In this document: positions 1-11,140 of the stretch, piece after piece
Position numbering within the stretch: the first letter of the stretch is position 1
How the letters are laid out: each line of letters starts with the position of its first letter
Assembly (NCBI GenBank): GCA_026770705.1
Contig: JANJGN010000071.1
Coordinates: 2,232,001 to 2,296,000, forward strand
Source of the DNA: Isurus oxyrinchus
Lineage: Eukaryota
Reading direction: 5' to 3'
DNA: 64,000 nt
Notes under the pieces: generated by a model
Told to the model about the DNA's origin: nothing
What the model saw: only the letters and a program-made list of their open reading frames with translations
Databases searched by the model: none
Program-made: the position numbers and the translations under genes

Positions 1-1475
1 CCCCACTCTCCAAGAACTCGCTTTGGAATCTCCTCCAACATGACACTTTCACTCAGACACCTTCCACAAGGGTCCACTTTCACTATTTCAAACTCTCCTT
101 CCCATGTTCCTGTCCCCTGGATCGCCACGTGCATTCAGCCTTCCTTCCACGCCCTGTCTCTCCAATGCTCAGCCGTGTCAATGGAACACCATGGCTTCAC
201 ATGGCCGTAGTAATGAGTCACCAACCTGTGGTGTCTCCTAGGATCTTCTGGCTTCTCACAAGCCTATTTTGCTTTAGGTCTGTGTCCTGCTGCTTTCTCC
301 CTTTATGTTTCGAGCATTCTTCTGTTCCTCACTCTTAACTTCACTTAACAGGGCCTTTCCCAGATTTGACTAGAAGGTTTTCTTGGGCCCTTTCTCCTGT
401 TCCACTCGATGGTTTTGGCTTCATCTTTACTTTGGGACTGACTATCTGTCCCGCTCCTTTGCTGCTTCTCCTGGCAACTCCTTTCAACAGAACTGAAAGT
501 ACTTTTCTGTTTTTCTTTGTCTCTGTGTGTCCCTCCCTCTGGACCACTGTTACTCGGCAACAGCACAGTTTCTTCTACCTTGTGTTTGTTTTGACTTCCC
601 TTCAAGAGTCATAAAAACTCATTAGATAGGCGGCTTCTTCCAAAGTGAAACCAAAACTCAAGTTCCCCCTTTTCAAAACACCCAAATACAGAAATACAAA
701 CTAAACTTGAACTGAAAGATATACCTTATGCCTAACGCACTCAAATACACAGAGAACTTCCTTAAGCCAACCCCAGTTCCAAAAAATCACATGACACACT
801 TCCCCTCGAGTGATGTCATGCTGCTGTCCCTGAAAGGCATATTACAGCAGTGTTATCACTTGGCAGGTGATGTGTGCCAGGCAGACCAAGTCCATGAGAG
901 AAAGCTGGTCACACGATCATAAAGATTTTTGATTTTTTTTATTTATTATGAGATGTGTGCACTGAATTCAGAAGCAATATGTCCACAAAGACCTTTAGAG
1001 ATTTAAAACAATAAATTAAATATTTGCCATCAAAATAAAAGATTTCAAGCACATACATAAGACTACAATGACTGCTATAATAACTCCTAAAATTCCTAAT
1101 TAACCTGACTCCCAGTTACACTTCCTTTAAGGCAACAGACCAAAAATAGATGTTAGATTTAAAACAAACTCAGCAAGTTAACCCAATGCCCTGGACAATG
1201 GAATTCCAAATGGATTTTACCCAACTTCAGTTCTGTTGGATAGCAGGCTTGTGCACAAACAGGGTCCTGAGGACCATGAGCCAATGTAGAATGAACTTGT
1301 CCACTCCTGTGTCCAGGATTCTCTCCCATCCATTGTGAAACCTTGGGGAGTTCCATGTGTGTCCTGTAGATGGTCCACACTGCAGCCACTGTTCCCAAGT
1401 GATGGAGGGGGCGGATATCAAGTCTAGTGGATCTACAAACCATCCAGAGTTAAATATTGATATTTCTCTCTCCAG

Positions 1476-1862
1476 TTGGACTGTCACAAGAGTGGAAAGG
1501 TGACACTCCACGAGAGGTGACAGCGCAGGAAGGTTCGTGTGTACAGATTCCATGTCATTACAGTTATCCAGCACTTCTAGTAGGGAGAGCACGTGTTGGA
1601 ATCTGGTATGTGAAATGGTACACATGGAATACATGGAATACAAGGTCTAGAGGGACCATAGCATTTCACTCCAAGGATCACAGTCACGAGTTACCACGGT
1701 TCCACCATCGGACCCGGCTGTCTGGAGACCTGAAAGATGGCGGCTGTTCCCTGATTATAAACAACATCAGACGGGAAGATGAAGGATATTATTATTTCAG
1801 AATAGAATTTGACAATGGTCCGAGCCATAACTATTACCCTGTAACCCAGCTTCAGGTTTCTG
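1476..1862 (+). CDS. Siglec-like gene A, V-set Ig exon 1 (V1)
   Basis: AG acceptor ends at 1475, GTAAGT donor at 1863; 387 nt, phase 1-1. GSCVQIPC...GIW...LSGDLKDGGCSLII...EDEGYYYFRIE. Siglec hallmarks: B- and E-strand Cys, extra pre-B Cys, no F-strand Cys, essential F-strand Arg. Confidence 0.93.
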
Positions 1863-2089
1863 GTAAGTGCTGTGTTATAATTACTCAACAATTCACATCC
1901 AACACTCAATGGGAAATAATAGTGTTTGATTTGCTTGTTTTTTGGCCGTGTTAACCAGCGTCACTATTTTTAATGATTTGTCTATTTCTGCTCCCAGATC
2001 CATGAGCTTATTGTGTGTGATTGAATCCACATCATAGCTGTAACGTAAACTGAGCGGAGGGGTGATGACACCTCCCCCCTGAGTGAAGT

Positions 2090-3492
2090 GTCTCCTCCCC
2101 ACTACACCTTCCACCCCTCACACTGTCCGTGTAAACCCCCGTCCCATCTCCAGCCTCTCTTTCCCCTCCAAAGTCATTGAACGTGTTTCCATCTCCCGAA
2201 TCTGTTCCCATCTTTCCCGGAACTCCATGTTTGAATCCCTCCAATCAGGTTCCCACCCCAGCCACTGTGCTGAAACAGCTCTTATCAAGGTCACAAATGG
2301 CATCCTGTGTGACTGTGACAAAGGTCAACTTTCCCTCCTTGTCCTTCTCGATCTGTCTGCAGCCTTTGACATGCTCGACCACACCATCCTCCTCCAACAC
2401 CTCTCCACTGTCGTCCTGCTGGGTGGGACTGCTCTCCCCTGGCTCCATTCTTATCCATCTCATCGTAGCCAGAGAATCACTTGCAATGGCTTTGCAGCAT
2501 CATCTGAACAGTGTTAGTTTTCACCTGTCCACTGAGGATCCCCAGCTCTACCTCACCACCACCTCTCTCGACTCCTCCACTGCTGCTAAATTATCAGGCT
2601 GCTTATCCGACATCCAGTACTGGATGGGCAGAAATTCCCTCCAATTAAATATTGGAAAGACTGAAGCCATTGTCTTCATTCCCCGCTCCAAACTCTGTTC
2701 CCTCGCTACCAACTCCATTCCTCTCCCTGGCAGCTCTCTGAGATTGAAGCCAATCTGTTCACAGCTTTGTTGTCCCATTTGATCCTGAGATGAGCTTCCG
2801 GCCTCATATCTGCGCCCTCACTAACACCGTCTATTTCCACCTCCGTAACATCGCAAGACTTCACCCTGTCTCAGCTCATCTGCTGCTGAAACCCTCATCC
2901 ACGCCTTCATTACCTCCAGACTCGACTGTTCCAACACACGCTCTACACTCCATAAACTTGAGGCCATCCAAAACTGCTGACCACGTCCTTACTCACACCA
3001 AGTCCCATTCCCTTATCACCCGCTCTGCTCGATGACCGAGACTGGCTCCTGGTCAAGCAAAGTCTCAATGTCCAAATTTTCATCTTTGTTTCCTCACTAT
3101 CTCTGTAATCTCCTCGTCCTCCTCCAGTACCTACAACCATCCCATTCTCTGTAACCTCTTCAAGCCTCTGCTGCTTCTCTATATCTGTAAATTCATCCTG
3201 CACAACAAACCTACCAATCTCTGCAACCTCCTCCAGCCACTACAAACCTCTCTATCTCTGCAAACTCCTCCATACCCTACACTCTCCCAATCTCTCTTAA
3301 ATTTTCCAGCCCCTACAACCCTCCCTATCTCTGTAACCTCCTCCAGCCCCTCCAACCCTCTGAGGTCTCTGTGCTCATCCAATTCCAGCCTCTTGACCAT
3401 CCCCCGGTCCCATCACTCCAACATCGGCGGCCGTGCCTTCAGCTGCCTGGGGCCCGAGCTCTGTAATACCCTCCCTCAACCCCTCTCTGTCC

Positions 3493-3526
<34 letters not shown>

Positions 3527-3720
3527 ATCTCTATCTCTCTCTCTCTCACTATCCATTTCATCCCTCTTTGAAGATTCTCCATAACACCGACCTCTTCTGG
3601 CCAGCTGTCGCTAATATCTCCACATGTGTCTGGGTGACATACTTTGTTTTATGACGCTCCTGTGTAGCACCTTGGGGTGATTTGTCATGTTAAAGTTGTT
3701 GTGTAAATATAAGTTGTTGC
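2090..3720 (+). mobile_element. L2-clade LINE fragment (RT + 3' tail, with internal 37-bp minisatellite)
   Basis: RPISSLSFPSKVIER...QSG...ETALIKVTN...LLDLSAAFD..DHTILL; frameshifted. Confidence 0.85.
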
Positions 3721-4264
3721 CCTTTGACCCTCAACCCCAGCTTGAGTCTTATTTTTGAGGGAATGTACAACCTCCTTAGATTTCTGACCAAAATGTCATT
3801 TGATTATTTTTATTGAGCGAATGCCAAGCCCCGATACCGAGTGAGAGCCTCCTCATTTGCGGAGTTTAAGGTGATGAGTCAGCACCTTAGTCCGTAGAGG
3901 GGATTCTCCTCGGTAATGTGCAGCCTTGTTTGTGTCTCTCCACAAGCGCATGAGGGGTTTGTACAGAGGCTGCAGTGCTGGAGGGGGTCTGCACAGGGGT
4001 CCTGGCCTGTCCTGAGCCGGTTTTAGCAAGGACCACTCTGGCCTTGGCAGCTGAAAGCAAGCCATTGGACAGACGGGGCCTGTCACAAGGAGCCTGTTAG
4101 TCACTCCCCACCGTGTCTCCTGTGCTCGGATCCAGACCATGTTGGCTGGTGGATCTGGCTCAGGATGGGTCCTCCCCATGGGACCCCCAGATGGAAGGTG
4201 GGTCGAGCGGGTCAGTCACTTGCATGTTTATTCTGCAGCTTTAATATTTTAAGAAGGTAAGATT

Positions 4265-5095
4265 GTAGGAACATAAGAAATAGGAACAGGAGCAGGCCAT
4301 TCGGCCCCTCGAGCCTGCTCTCACTGATCTGGTTGTGGCCTTAACTCCATTTTCCTGCCTGTCTCCCAAACCCTTGACTCCCTTGTCGATCAAAAACCTG
4401 CCTCACTCAGCCTTGAGTCTATTCAATGGCCCAGCCTCCACTGCTCTCTGGGGAAGAGAATTCCACAGGCTAGCGCCCCTCTGAGAGAGGAAATTCCTCC
4501 TCATCTCAGTCTTAAATGGGAGAGCCCTCATTCCGAAACTGTGCTCCCTGGTTCTAGATTCCCCCACGAGGGGGAAACATCCTCCCAGCATCCACCCTGT
4601 CAAGTCCCCTCGGAATCGGATATGTTTCAGTAAGGTCACCCCTCATTCTTCTAAACTCCAATGGATACAGGCCCAACCTGCTCAACATTTCCTCACGGGA
4701 CAAACCCTTTAATCCCAGGAATCAGCCCAGTGAACTTCCTCTGAACTGCCTCCAATGCAGTGTCTATCCCTCCCTAAGTAAGGAGACCAGAACTGTACAC
4801 ACTGCTCCTGATACAATCTCACCCTGTGCAGCTGTTGCAAGACTTCCCTCCTTTTATACTCCATCCCTTTGCAATAAAGGCCAACATTCCACTTGCCTTC
4901 CTCATTCCGTGGTGTTCCTGAATGCTGACTTTCTGTGATTCATATACAAGGACACCCAGATCCCTCTGTACTGCATTCTGCAGCCTCTCTCCATTTAAAT
5001 AATATCCTGTTTTTCTATTCTTCCTGCCAAAATAATTTGTTGCAGTCCTCCTCAGTATTGACCATCCCCCCAATTCAGCCTCATCTGTAAATTTG
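4265..5095 (-). mobile_element. CR1 LINE 3' fragment (duplicate at ~19590-20430)
   Basis: Minus-strand YYLNGERLQ..QRDLGVLV...FKTEMRRNFLSQR...LWNSLPQ. Confidence 0.85.
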
Positions 5096-5150
5096 AGTCT
5101 GGTGGATCCACAAACCATCCAGAGTTAAATATTGAGATTTCTCTCCCCAG

Positions 5151-5519
5151 TTGAACCCTCACAAGAGTGGAAAGGTGACACTCCACGAGAGGTGACAGCG
5201 CAGGAAGGTTCGTGTGTACAGATTCCTTGTCATTACAGTTATCCATCGTGTCTGGAAAACCAACCGCGAGGTGGACTCTGGTTTAATAATGAGAAACAGA
5301 TTCCCTGGGCTCCCATTGCCTTTCACTCCAAGGATCACAGTCACGAGTTACCACGGTTCCACCATCGGACCCAGCTGTCTGGAAACCTGAAAGATGGCGA
5401 CTGTTCCCTGATTATAAACAACATCAGACGGGAAGATGCAGGACCTTATTTTTTCAGAATAGAATTTGACAATGGTCCGAGCCATAACTATTACCCTGTA
5501 ACCCAGCTTCACGTTTCTG
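5151..5519 (+). CDS. Siglec-like gene A, V-set Ig exon 2 (V2)
   Basis: CCCCAG acceptor, GTAAGT donor, 369 nt open, phase 1-1; GSCVQIPCHYSYPSCLEN...PYFFRIEF. Confidence 0.92.
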
Positions 5520-6333
5520 GTAAGTGCTGTGTTATAATTACTCTAACAATTCACATCCAACACTCAATGAGAAATAACGCAAACTGTGACGTTTACATAT
5601 TAACACAAAACACAGCTTATTATAGCACACTGTCTGATTCTCAATAACCTGGTGATAGCTCCCAGTTCAGTCCTAAAGCAATGTCTAATACTCACTTTAA
5701 TATCAATGATTAAATGTATTGACTGTGTCCATCAATGTTATCAGGTTATCCACTCCCATCGATCTCCCTAACCCTGTTTGACAGTCTTACATATCGACAA
5801 AAGAAAGATTCGCATTTCTATAGCGCCTTTCAACACCTCTGTACGTTGCAAATGGTTTCACAACCAATGAAATAATTCTTGAAATGTTGCCCTTGTTGTA
5901 ATATGGGACACACAGCAGCCAATTTATTCACAGGAAGCTCCCAGAAACAGCAATGTGATCAATAACCTGATCATCTGTTTTAGATGCCGGTTCAGTGATT
6001 GGTTCAAATGGATTCTCTCCTGCTGGGAACAGGATAGAATTTAAATCTGGCAGATTTCGGAGAAAGTAACAAGCCAGTGTGTCAGGAACTGTGAGCTGCT
6101 CCCCCACCCTCACCTGGGATTGTCAGTTCAATTGTCTCAAAGTGGAAGTGAATTCATCTGAGAGACAGAAAATCCACTAAGTCTGAAAATAGGAAATTCT
6201 CTCCTGATCATTGTAATCTCTCAGTTCTGATATCATCCTTGTAAAAGTGCTTTCTCTTGTGGGACTGTGGTTTCTATTTGAACTGATGCTTCACGTTATA
6301 TTTCTCTAAAAGGATCCATTCTCTGTCTGTTAG

Positions 6334-6626
6334 ATTTCACAGATAAACCCACGATATTCCCTGCTGAAATTATCGCAGGAAAGCGTGTGGATGTAAGCTG
6401 CACCTTCAACACAACGTGCAATGGAACAGCAGCACCTGTCTTAACCTGGGACACTCCCACTGACCTGGATCAGTCTCAAACACTGTAACTCAGCATGGTG
6501 TCACTCTGATCTATACTTCTGTTCTGACCCTGATCCCATCACTCAAACACCACGGACACACTCTCAGCTGCAGAGTGAGATATCCATCTGTTTCATCGGA
6601 GCGGACCCTTGTACTAACTGTACAAG
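6334..6626 (+). pseudogene. Gene A first C2-set exon with 4-bp frameshifting deletion
   Basis: 293 nt versus 297 nt in paralogue 21666-21962 (ACTGACCTGG vs ACTGACGTACCTGG); premature TAA at 6486-6488; splice sites intact. Confidence 0.85.
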
Positions 6627-6949
6627 GTAAGTACCGACACCTTTCATTCTACATCAGCACTCCCTCAGCGCTGACCCTCTGACAGTGCAGCCCGTTCTCA
6701 GTATCTACATTCTCAGACCTCTCAAAGTGCTTCACAGTCGATAGAAGTTAACTGATCTTTATTTGATTATTGCTGAATGAAGAGACAATCTGCCTAAACT
6801 TTACAGCTCGCACACATTATTTTCCATGGCAACACCGCCTCCAATCAGAGACCACTTGCCAATCAATCAGCACTCTCTTCCCATTAAATATAAATTGTTG
6901 TTCACTTCCTGTTGGGAAACCAGTGATCTGTCATGTTGAGTCCTGCCCT

Positions 6950-7102
6950 GACATCTGAATATCACAATGAACAGAACAAGTTCCAACAATGAGCTGTGGT
7001 TGGGGATTCCTCACGTTACATCCAGGGACACTGGAGACTATCAGTGTGTGGCAGAGAATGAACATGGAGCGTTGGAGGGTTTCATAACCATCACTGTGGA
7101 AC
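6950..7102 (+). pseudogene. Gene A remnant (3' half) of a second C2-set exon
   Basis: MNRTSSNNELWLGIPHVTSRDTGDYQCVAENEHGALEGFITITVE|GTGAGT nearly matches the 3' half of 26429-26710; 5' half and acceptor replaced by unrelated repeat-like sequence. Confidence 0.85.
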
Positions 7103-8220
7103 GTGAGTGTACACAGACTTCAACAGCTCTCTCAGATTCAAACACTACACAAACACATACAATTATACAAACCTAAATAGACACGTGCAGACACACAATC
7201 CCACATGTATGAGCACACAAAAGGACACACTCACAAACAAAGACACTAACAGATTCTCCCCCGTGGGTTACCTGACCTCCCTCAGTGCTGCACCGGAGAG
7301 TTGACATGGATTCTGGGAATTGTGTTCCCTTTCAAGTTTATGGAAGAACGCGGAAATTGCAAAGTCTATTAGACACCCAGATGCACAGAAATTCTCACAG
7401 ATACTCTCTGCCTCTCTAACTCTCTATCCTCCTTTAAAAAGCTTCCTGAAACCTAACCCTTTGACCAGTCACCTGTCCCAACTCCTCCTTATGTAATTCT
7501 GTGTGAAATGTTGTTTGAGTATCTGACAGTAAGAGAGAGATGGAGAGGTTTACGAAGAAATTTCTGTTGGTGAAAAGCTTACATCATGTTCTCACCTTTC
7601 CAGAGCCCATTTTGCACATGATGTCCAATGTCCAAGTTCATAATGGGGATTGCCTATGTAAACGTCACGCTGCAGTTACACTCTCCCACCAGTGGTGGCA
7701 CGGTAGCACTTAACCCTTGCATCTCCCAGCTTTTCAAGCAATTTCACTTCCCAATTTGCTACTATTCACCTCAACCACTCCCTGTGGGAGCGAGTTCCAC
7801 ATTCTCCCCTCTCTCTGGGTAAAGATTGGAACTGTTTATTAAGTGGGGGGTGTAAGTCCGTGAGGGAGTCCATCTCGATCCTGCCCGATTCACACACGCG
7901 TCCGAGATGGATTTCCACCCTGCACTAAACGTTTCCAGAATTTTCTACAGCACAATCCTGTACACAGCGATGGAGAGAAACATTGGACAGGGAGTCCAAC
8001 AGCACAATGATCCATTCTCACCAATGTTCCACGCTAAGGGGAAAGTTCCGATTGTCCACTCTTAGAGTGTTTACAATGAAAACATTCATTCCACATTGAA
8101 TCCCAGTGGATGGGTCAATATTACAGCAAATGTTGCAGTGATATGAAGCTTGATTGTTCAGCCAGAGTGAGAGATTGAAAGCGGAGAGTCAGTGATGATT
8201 TTTTTCTGTGTGTTCTCTAG

Positions 8221-8360
8221 ACAGTGGAGGAGAGATTCTGCACGTGATCCTGATCCTGGGAATACGAGCTGTGATATTCCTTGTGGCTGTGGTTATCACT
8301 ATCGCTGGAGTCTGTGTCTGGGAGAGACAAACAGTGAAAGGAAGTCGACAGACTGTTTAA
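8221..8360 (+). CDS. Gene A transmembrane exon with intramembrane Arg and short tail (activating-type receptor)
   Basis: Polypyrimidine tract + TAG acceptor at 8220. Read in phase 1: SGGEILHVILILGIRAVIFLVAVVITIAGVCVWERQTVKGSRQTV*. Arg codon 8265-8267, no Tyr motif. Not in the ORF track in this frame. Exon 3' end uncertain. Confidence 0.78.
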
Positions 8361-8384
8361 AGTTTTGTGCAGCAACAATTTCAT

Positions 8385-8985
8385 CATGGAACAGAAGAAC
8401 AGCATTTGGCCCATCGACTCCATGCTGTCTCTCTGTAGAGCAATCCACTCAGTCCCATTCCCCCTCTCTATCCCCGTATCTCTGCAAGTTTATTTCCCCT
8501 CAAGTGTCCATCCAATTTCCTTTTGAAATCGTTCATCGTCTCCGCTTCCACCATCCTCGTAGGCAGCGAGTTCCAGCTCATTACCACTCGCTGTGTAAAA
8601 AAGTTCCTCCTCACATCCCCCTCTGCCCAAAACCTTCAATCTGTGTCCCCCAGTCCTTGTACCATCAGCTAATGGCAACAGCTTCTCTTTGTCTACCTGA
8701 TCTAAACCCATCATCATCTTGTACACCTCGATCAGATCCCCCCTCAATCTCCTTTGCTCCAAGGAGAACAACCCCAGCTTCTCCAACCCAACCTTGTAGC
8801 TAAAATCCCTCATCCCTGGACCCATTCTGCTCAATCTCCTCCCCACCCTCTCAAGGACACTCACTTCCTTCCCAAAGTGAGGAGACCAGAACTGGACACA
8901 ATACTCTAGTTGTGACCTAACCAGAGCTTTATAAATGTTCAGCATAACCTCCCTGTGTTTGTACTCAGTCCCTCGATTTATGAAA
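8385..8985 (-). mobile_element. CR1 LINE 3' fragment
   Basis: YKALVRSQLEYCVQFWSP...LGLFSLEQRRLRGDLIEVYK. Confidence 0.88.
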
Positions 8986-9199
8986 AGCTTATTCTTTCCA
9001 TCAGCACAAACAACAATTTCCAAGCGGACTCCCATCAGCAGACAGAGTGCAATGAAACATCGGCATGCCTGCTTCTTAATGTACGGAGAGAAACCTGGAA
9101 CGAGAGATTCTCCTTCTCCTCAGCAAACTGAAACTTTTCCTTATACCTGGTGCTCCCCAGTCCTGCTGTGTGGACACATCATAACCACGGCATTGTCTG

Positions 9200-9344
9200 G
9201 CTGTGTGCAGCCAATATGGTCGAATAGGAATGAACAGAAATGTGACGTTGCTAAACTCTGTTCTCTGATTGGAATGTGCTTTCTGAATGCTGCACCTTTT
9301 TCATGCTGCGATAGATTGTAAGAAGCATTTGGCTTATGAATAAA
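9200..9344 (+). other. Probable gene A 3'UTR with AATAAA (9339-9344)
   Basis: Aligns by eye with the gene B tail-b 3'UTR at ~36268-36410 (TGTGTGCAGCCAAyATGG...TTCTGAATGCTGCACCTTTT...AGATTGT). Confidence 0.6.
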
Positions 9345-9699
9345 ATTACATTGATTAACTCAAGTGATTAAAATGCTCAGCCTGTTCTGTAGATATTTAT
9401 AGATTAAAATTCTTATTTAGCTGCCAAATGTTTGGCTCAGAGACATTACTTCATGTTGTCACATTTTCTCTATCATATGAATTCCTGTGCCCATCTTTAT
9501 AATCGAAATTTCCAATGTAAACATGTCACATTGTAGTTGCACACTCCTGCCAGTGGTGGTGCCATTCCAAAGCTGTCTTGCTGCACAGACACAGTGAGAA
9601 TTATTCTCGACGTCTACATGATGTTGTTGGGACACAGACATCAGACGGAACCTTGGGCAGTGCCTAGAATGCACTTAGGACAGTGCAGACCACACTCAG

Positions 9700-10785
9700 A
9701 ACTGACAGTGCAGCGTTTCCTCAGTGCTGACCCTCTGTCAGTGCAGCGCTCCCTCATTACTGTCCCTCTGACAGTGCTGCACTACCTCATTATTGACCCT
9801 TTTTAATTGCAGCACCCCGTCAGCACTGACCTTCTGACAGTGCAGCACTCCCTCAGTACTCACCCACCCACAGTGCAGCACTCCCTCAGTACTGATCCTC
9901 TGACACTGTATCCCTCCCTCACTACTGACCTTCCGACAGTTCAGCACTCCCATGGTACACACCTTCTGACAGTGCAGCACTTGCACAGTGCTGACAAACT
10001 GACAGTGCAGCATTCCCTCAGTACTGACCCTCTGACACTGTATCCCTCCCTCACTACTGACCTTCCGACAGTTCAGCACTCACTCAGTACTCACCCTCCC
10101 ACAGTGCAGCACTCCTTCAATTCTCACCTTCCCACAGTGCAGCCCTACCTCTGTACACACCCTCCCACAGTGCAGCCCTCCCTCAGTACTCACTCTCCCG
10201 AAGTGCAGCCCTCCCTCAGTACTCACCCTCCCACAGTGCAGCACTCCCTCAGTACTCACCCTCCCACAGTGCAGCACTCCCTCAGTACTCACCCTCCCAC
10301 AGTGCAGCACTCCCTCAGTACTCACCCTCCCACAGTGCTGTGCAAGTTGTTTCAATCAAGACTGGTGCCCAAAGAGGCAGGTTTCAATGCTAAATCATTG
10401 AAATCGTTGAAAATTATTTTTAGGCTTACGGGAACAAGACTTAGTTCCTCAAATCATTTCTTTGCAATAACACACAGTACAAGAATCTCTGTTTAAATAA
10501 ATTCCAGTTAAACTTTGCCATGAAAGGATATCTCCTCACACGTCTCTCTACCTCAGTACTAACCCTCCCACAGTCCGGCACACTCTCAATACTGACCCTC
10601 CAAATGTGCGGAACTCAGTCAGTACAGACCCGCCGACAGTTCAGCAATCCAACATTACTGACCCTCTGACAGTGCAGCACTCCCTCATTACTGACCCTCT
10701 GACAGTGCAGCACTCCATCATTACTGACCCTCTGATAGTGCAGCACTCCCTCAGTACAGTGCCGCTGACAGTGCAGCACTCCCTC
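9700..10785 (+). repeat. 33-bp minisatellite (CAGTGCAGCACTCCCTCAGTACTGACCCTCyGA), Deu-SINE-derived unit
   Basis: Tandem unit visible directly; same unit at ~32570-32880, 35700-35870, 44960-45280, 55120-55390, 57395-57625. Confidence 0.85.
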
Positions 10786-10999
10786 CGTTATGATAACAGG
10801 GATCGTTGAAATGTATCATAAGGCCAGAGACCTGTATTGGGAACTCTTATCGCCTGAGTTTCAGGGGGAGGAGTCTAATCCCACGGAGCCAATGGAGAAG
10901 CTTCATGACTACAGCTGCCCAAATATGAGCTGACAGATCATCACATGGTAAACGTTTTGCTGAGAGCACAAAACATCCTCGATCTACTCACTGGTTACC

Positions 11000-11140
11000 C
11001 ACTTCCTCATTTTGTCTCACAGTGACACATCCACCCTTTCTAATTAAACACACAGAGGGAGCAGCACAGGAAGAGGTCATTCAGCCCAAGCAGAGCGTGT
11101 GGGCAGTTCCTCCCCAGGCGAGCAGTCGGACAGGTCCTGG
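11000..11140 (+). promoter_or_regulatory. Candidate gene B promoter and non-coding first exon with a PU.1/Spi-B site
   Basis: CACTTCCTCATTT at 11000-11012 (reverse complement AAATGAGGAAGTG); strong donor CTGG|GTAAGT at 11140, upstream of the leader exon. Confidence 0.55.

Larger units (their letters stand above)
1..6650 (+). repeat. Segmental duplication copy 1 (paralogous to ~15457-21990)
   Basis: Collinear, highly similar introns, repeats and exons; paired near-identical ORFs (e.g. 2177-2782 vs 17604-18209). Confidence 0.92.

Noticed and set aside
6085-6125. SCSPTLTWD-like relic of another C2 exon (also ~21410-21452)
   Set aside because: Too short, with no splice context; cannot be distinguished from chance.
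10100-10340. Repeated CACAGTG heptamers, or a CRISPR-like array
   Set aside because: Part of the 33-bp tandem unit; no nonamers, no unique spacers, eukaryotic context.
9807-10496. 229-aa repetitive ORF (and similar TVQHSLSTDP ORFs elsewhere)
   Set aside because: Translation of a stop-poor 33-bp minisatellite, open in several frames.
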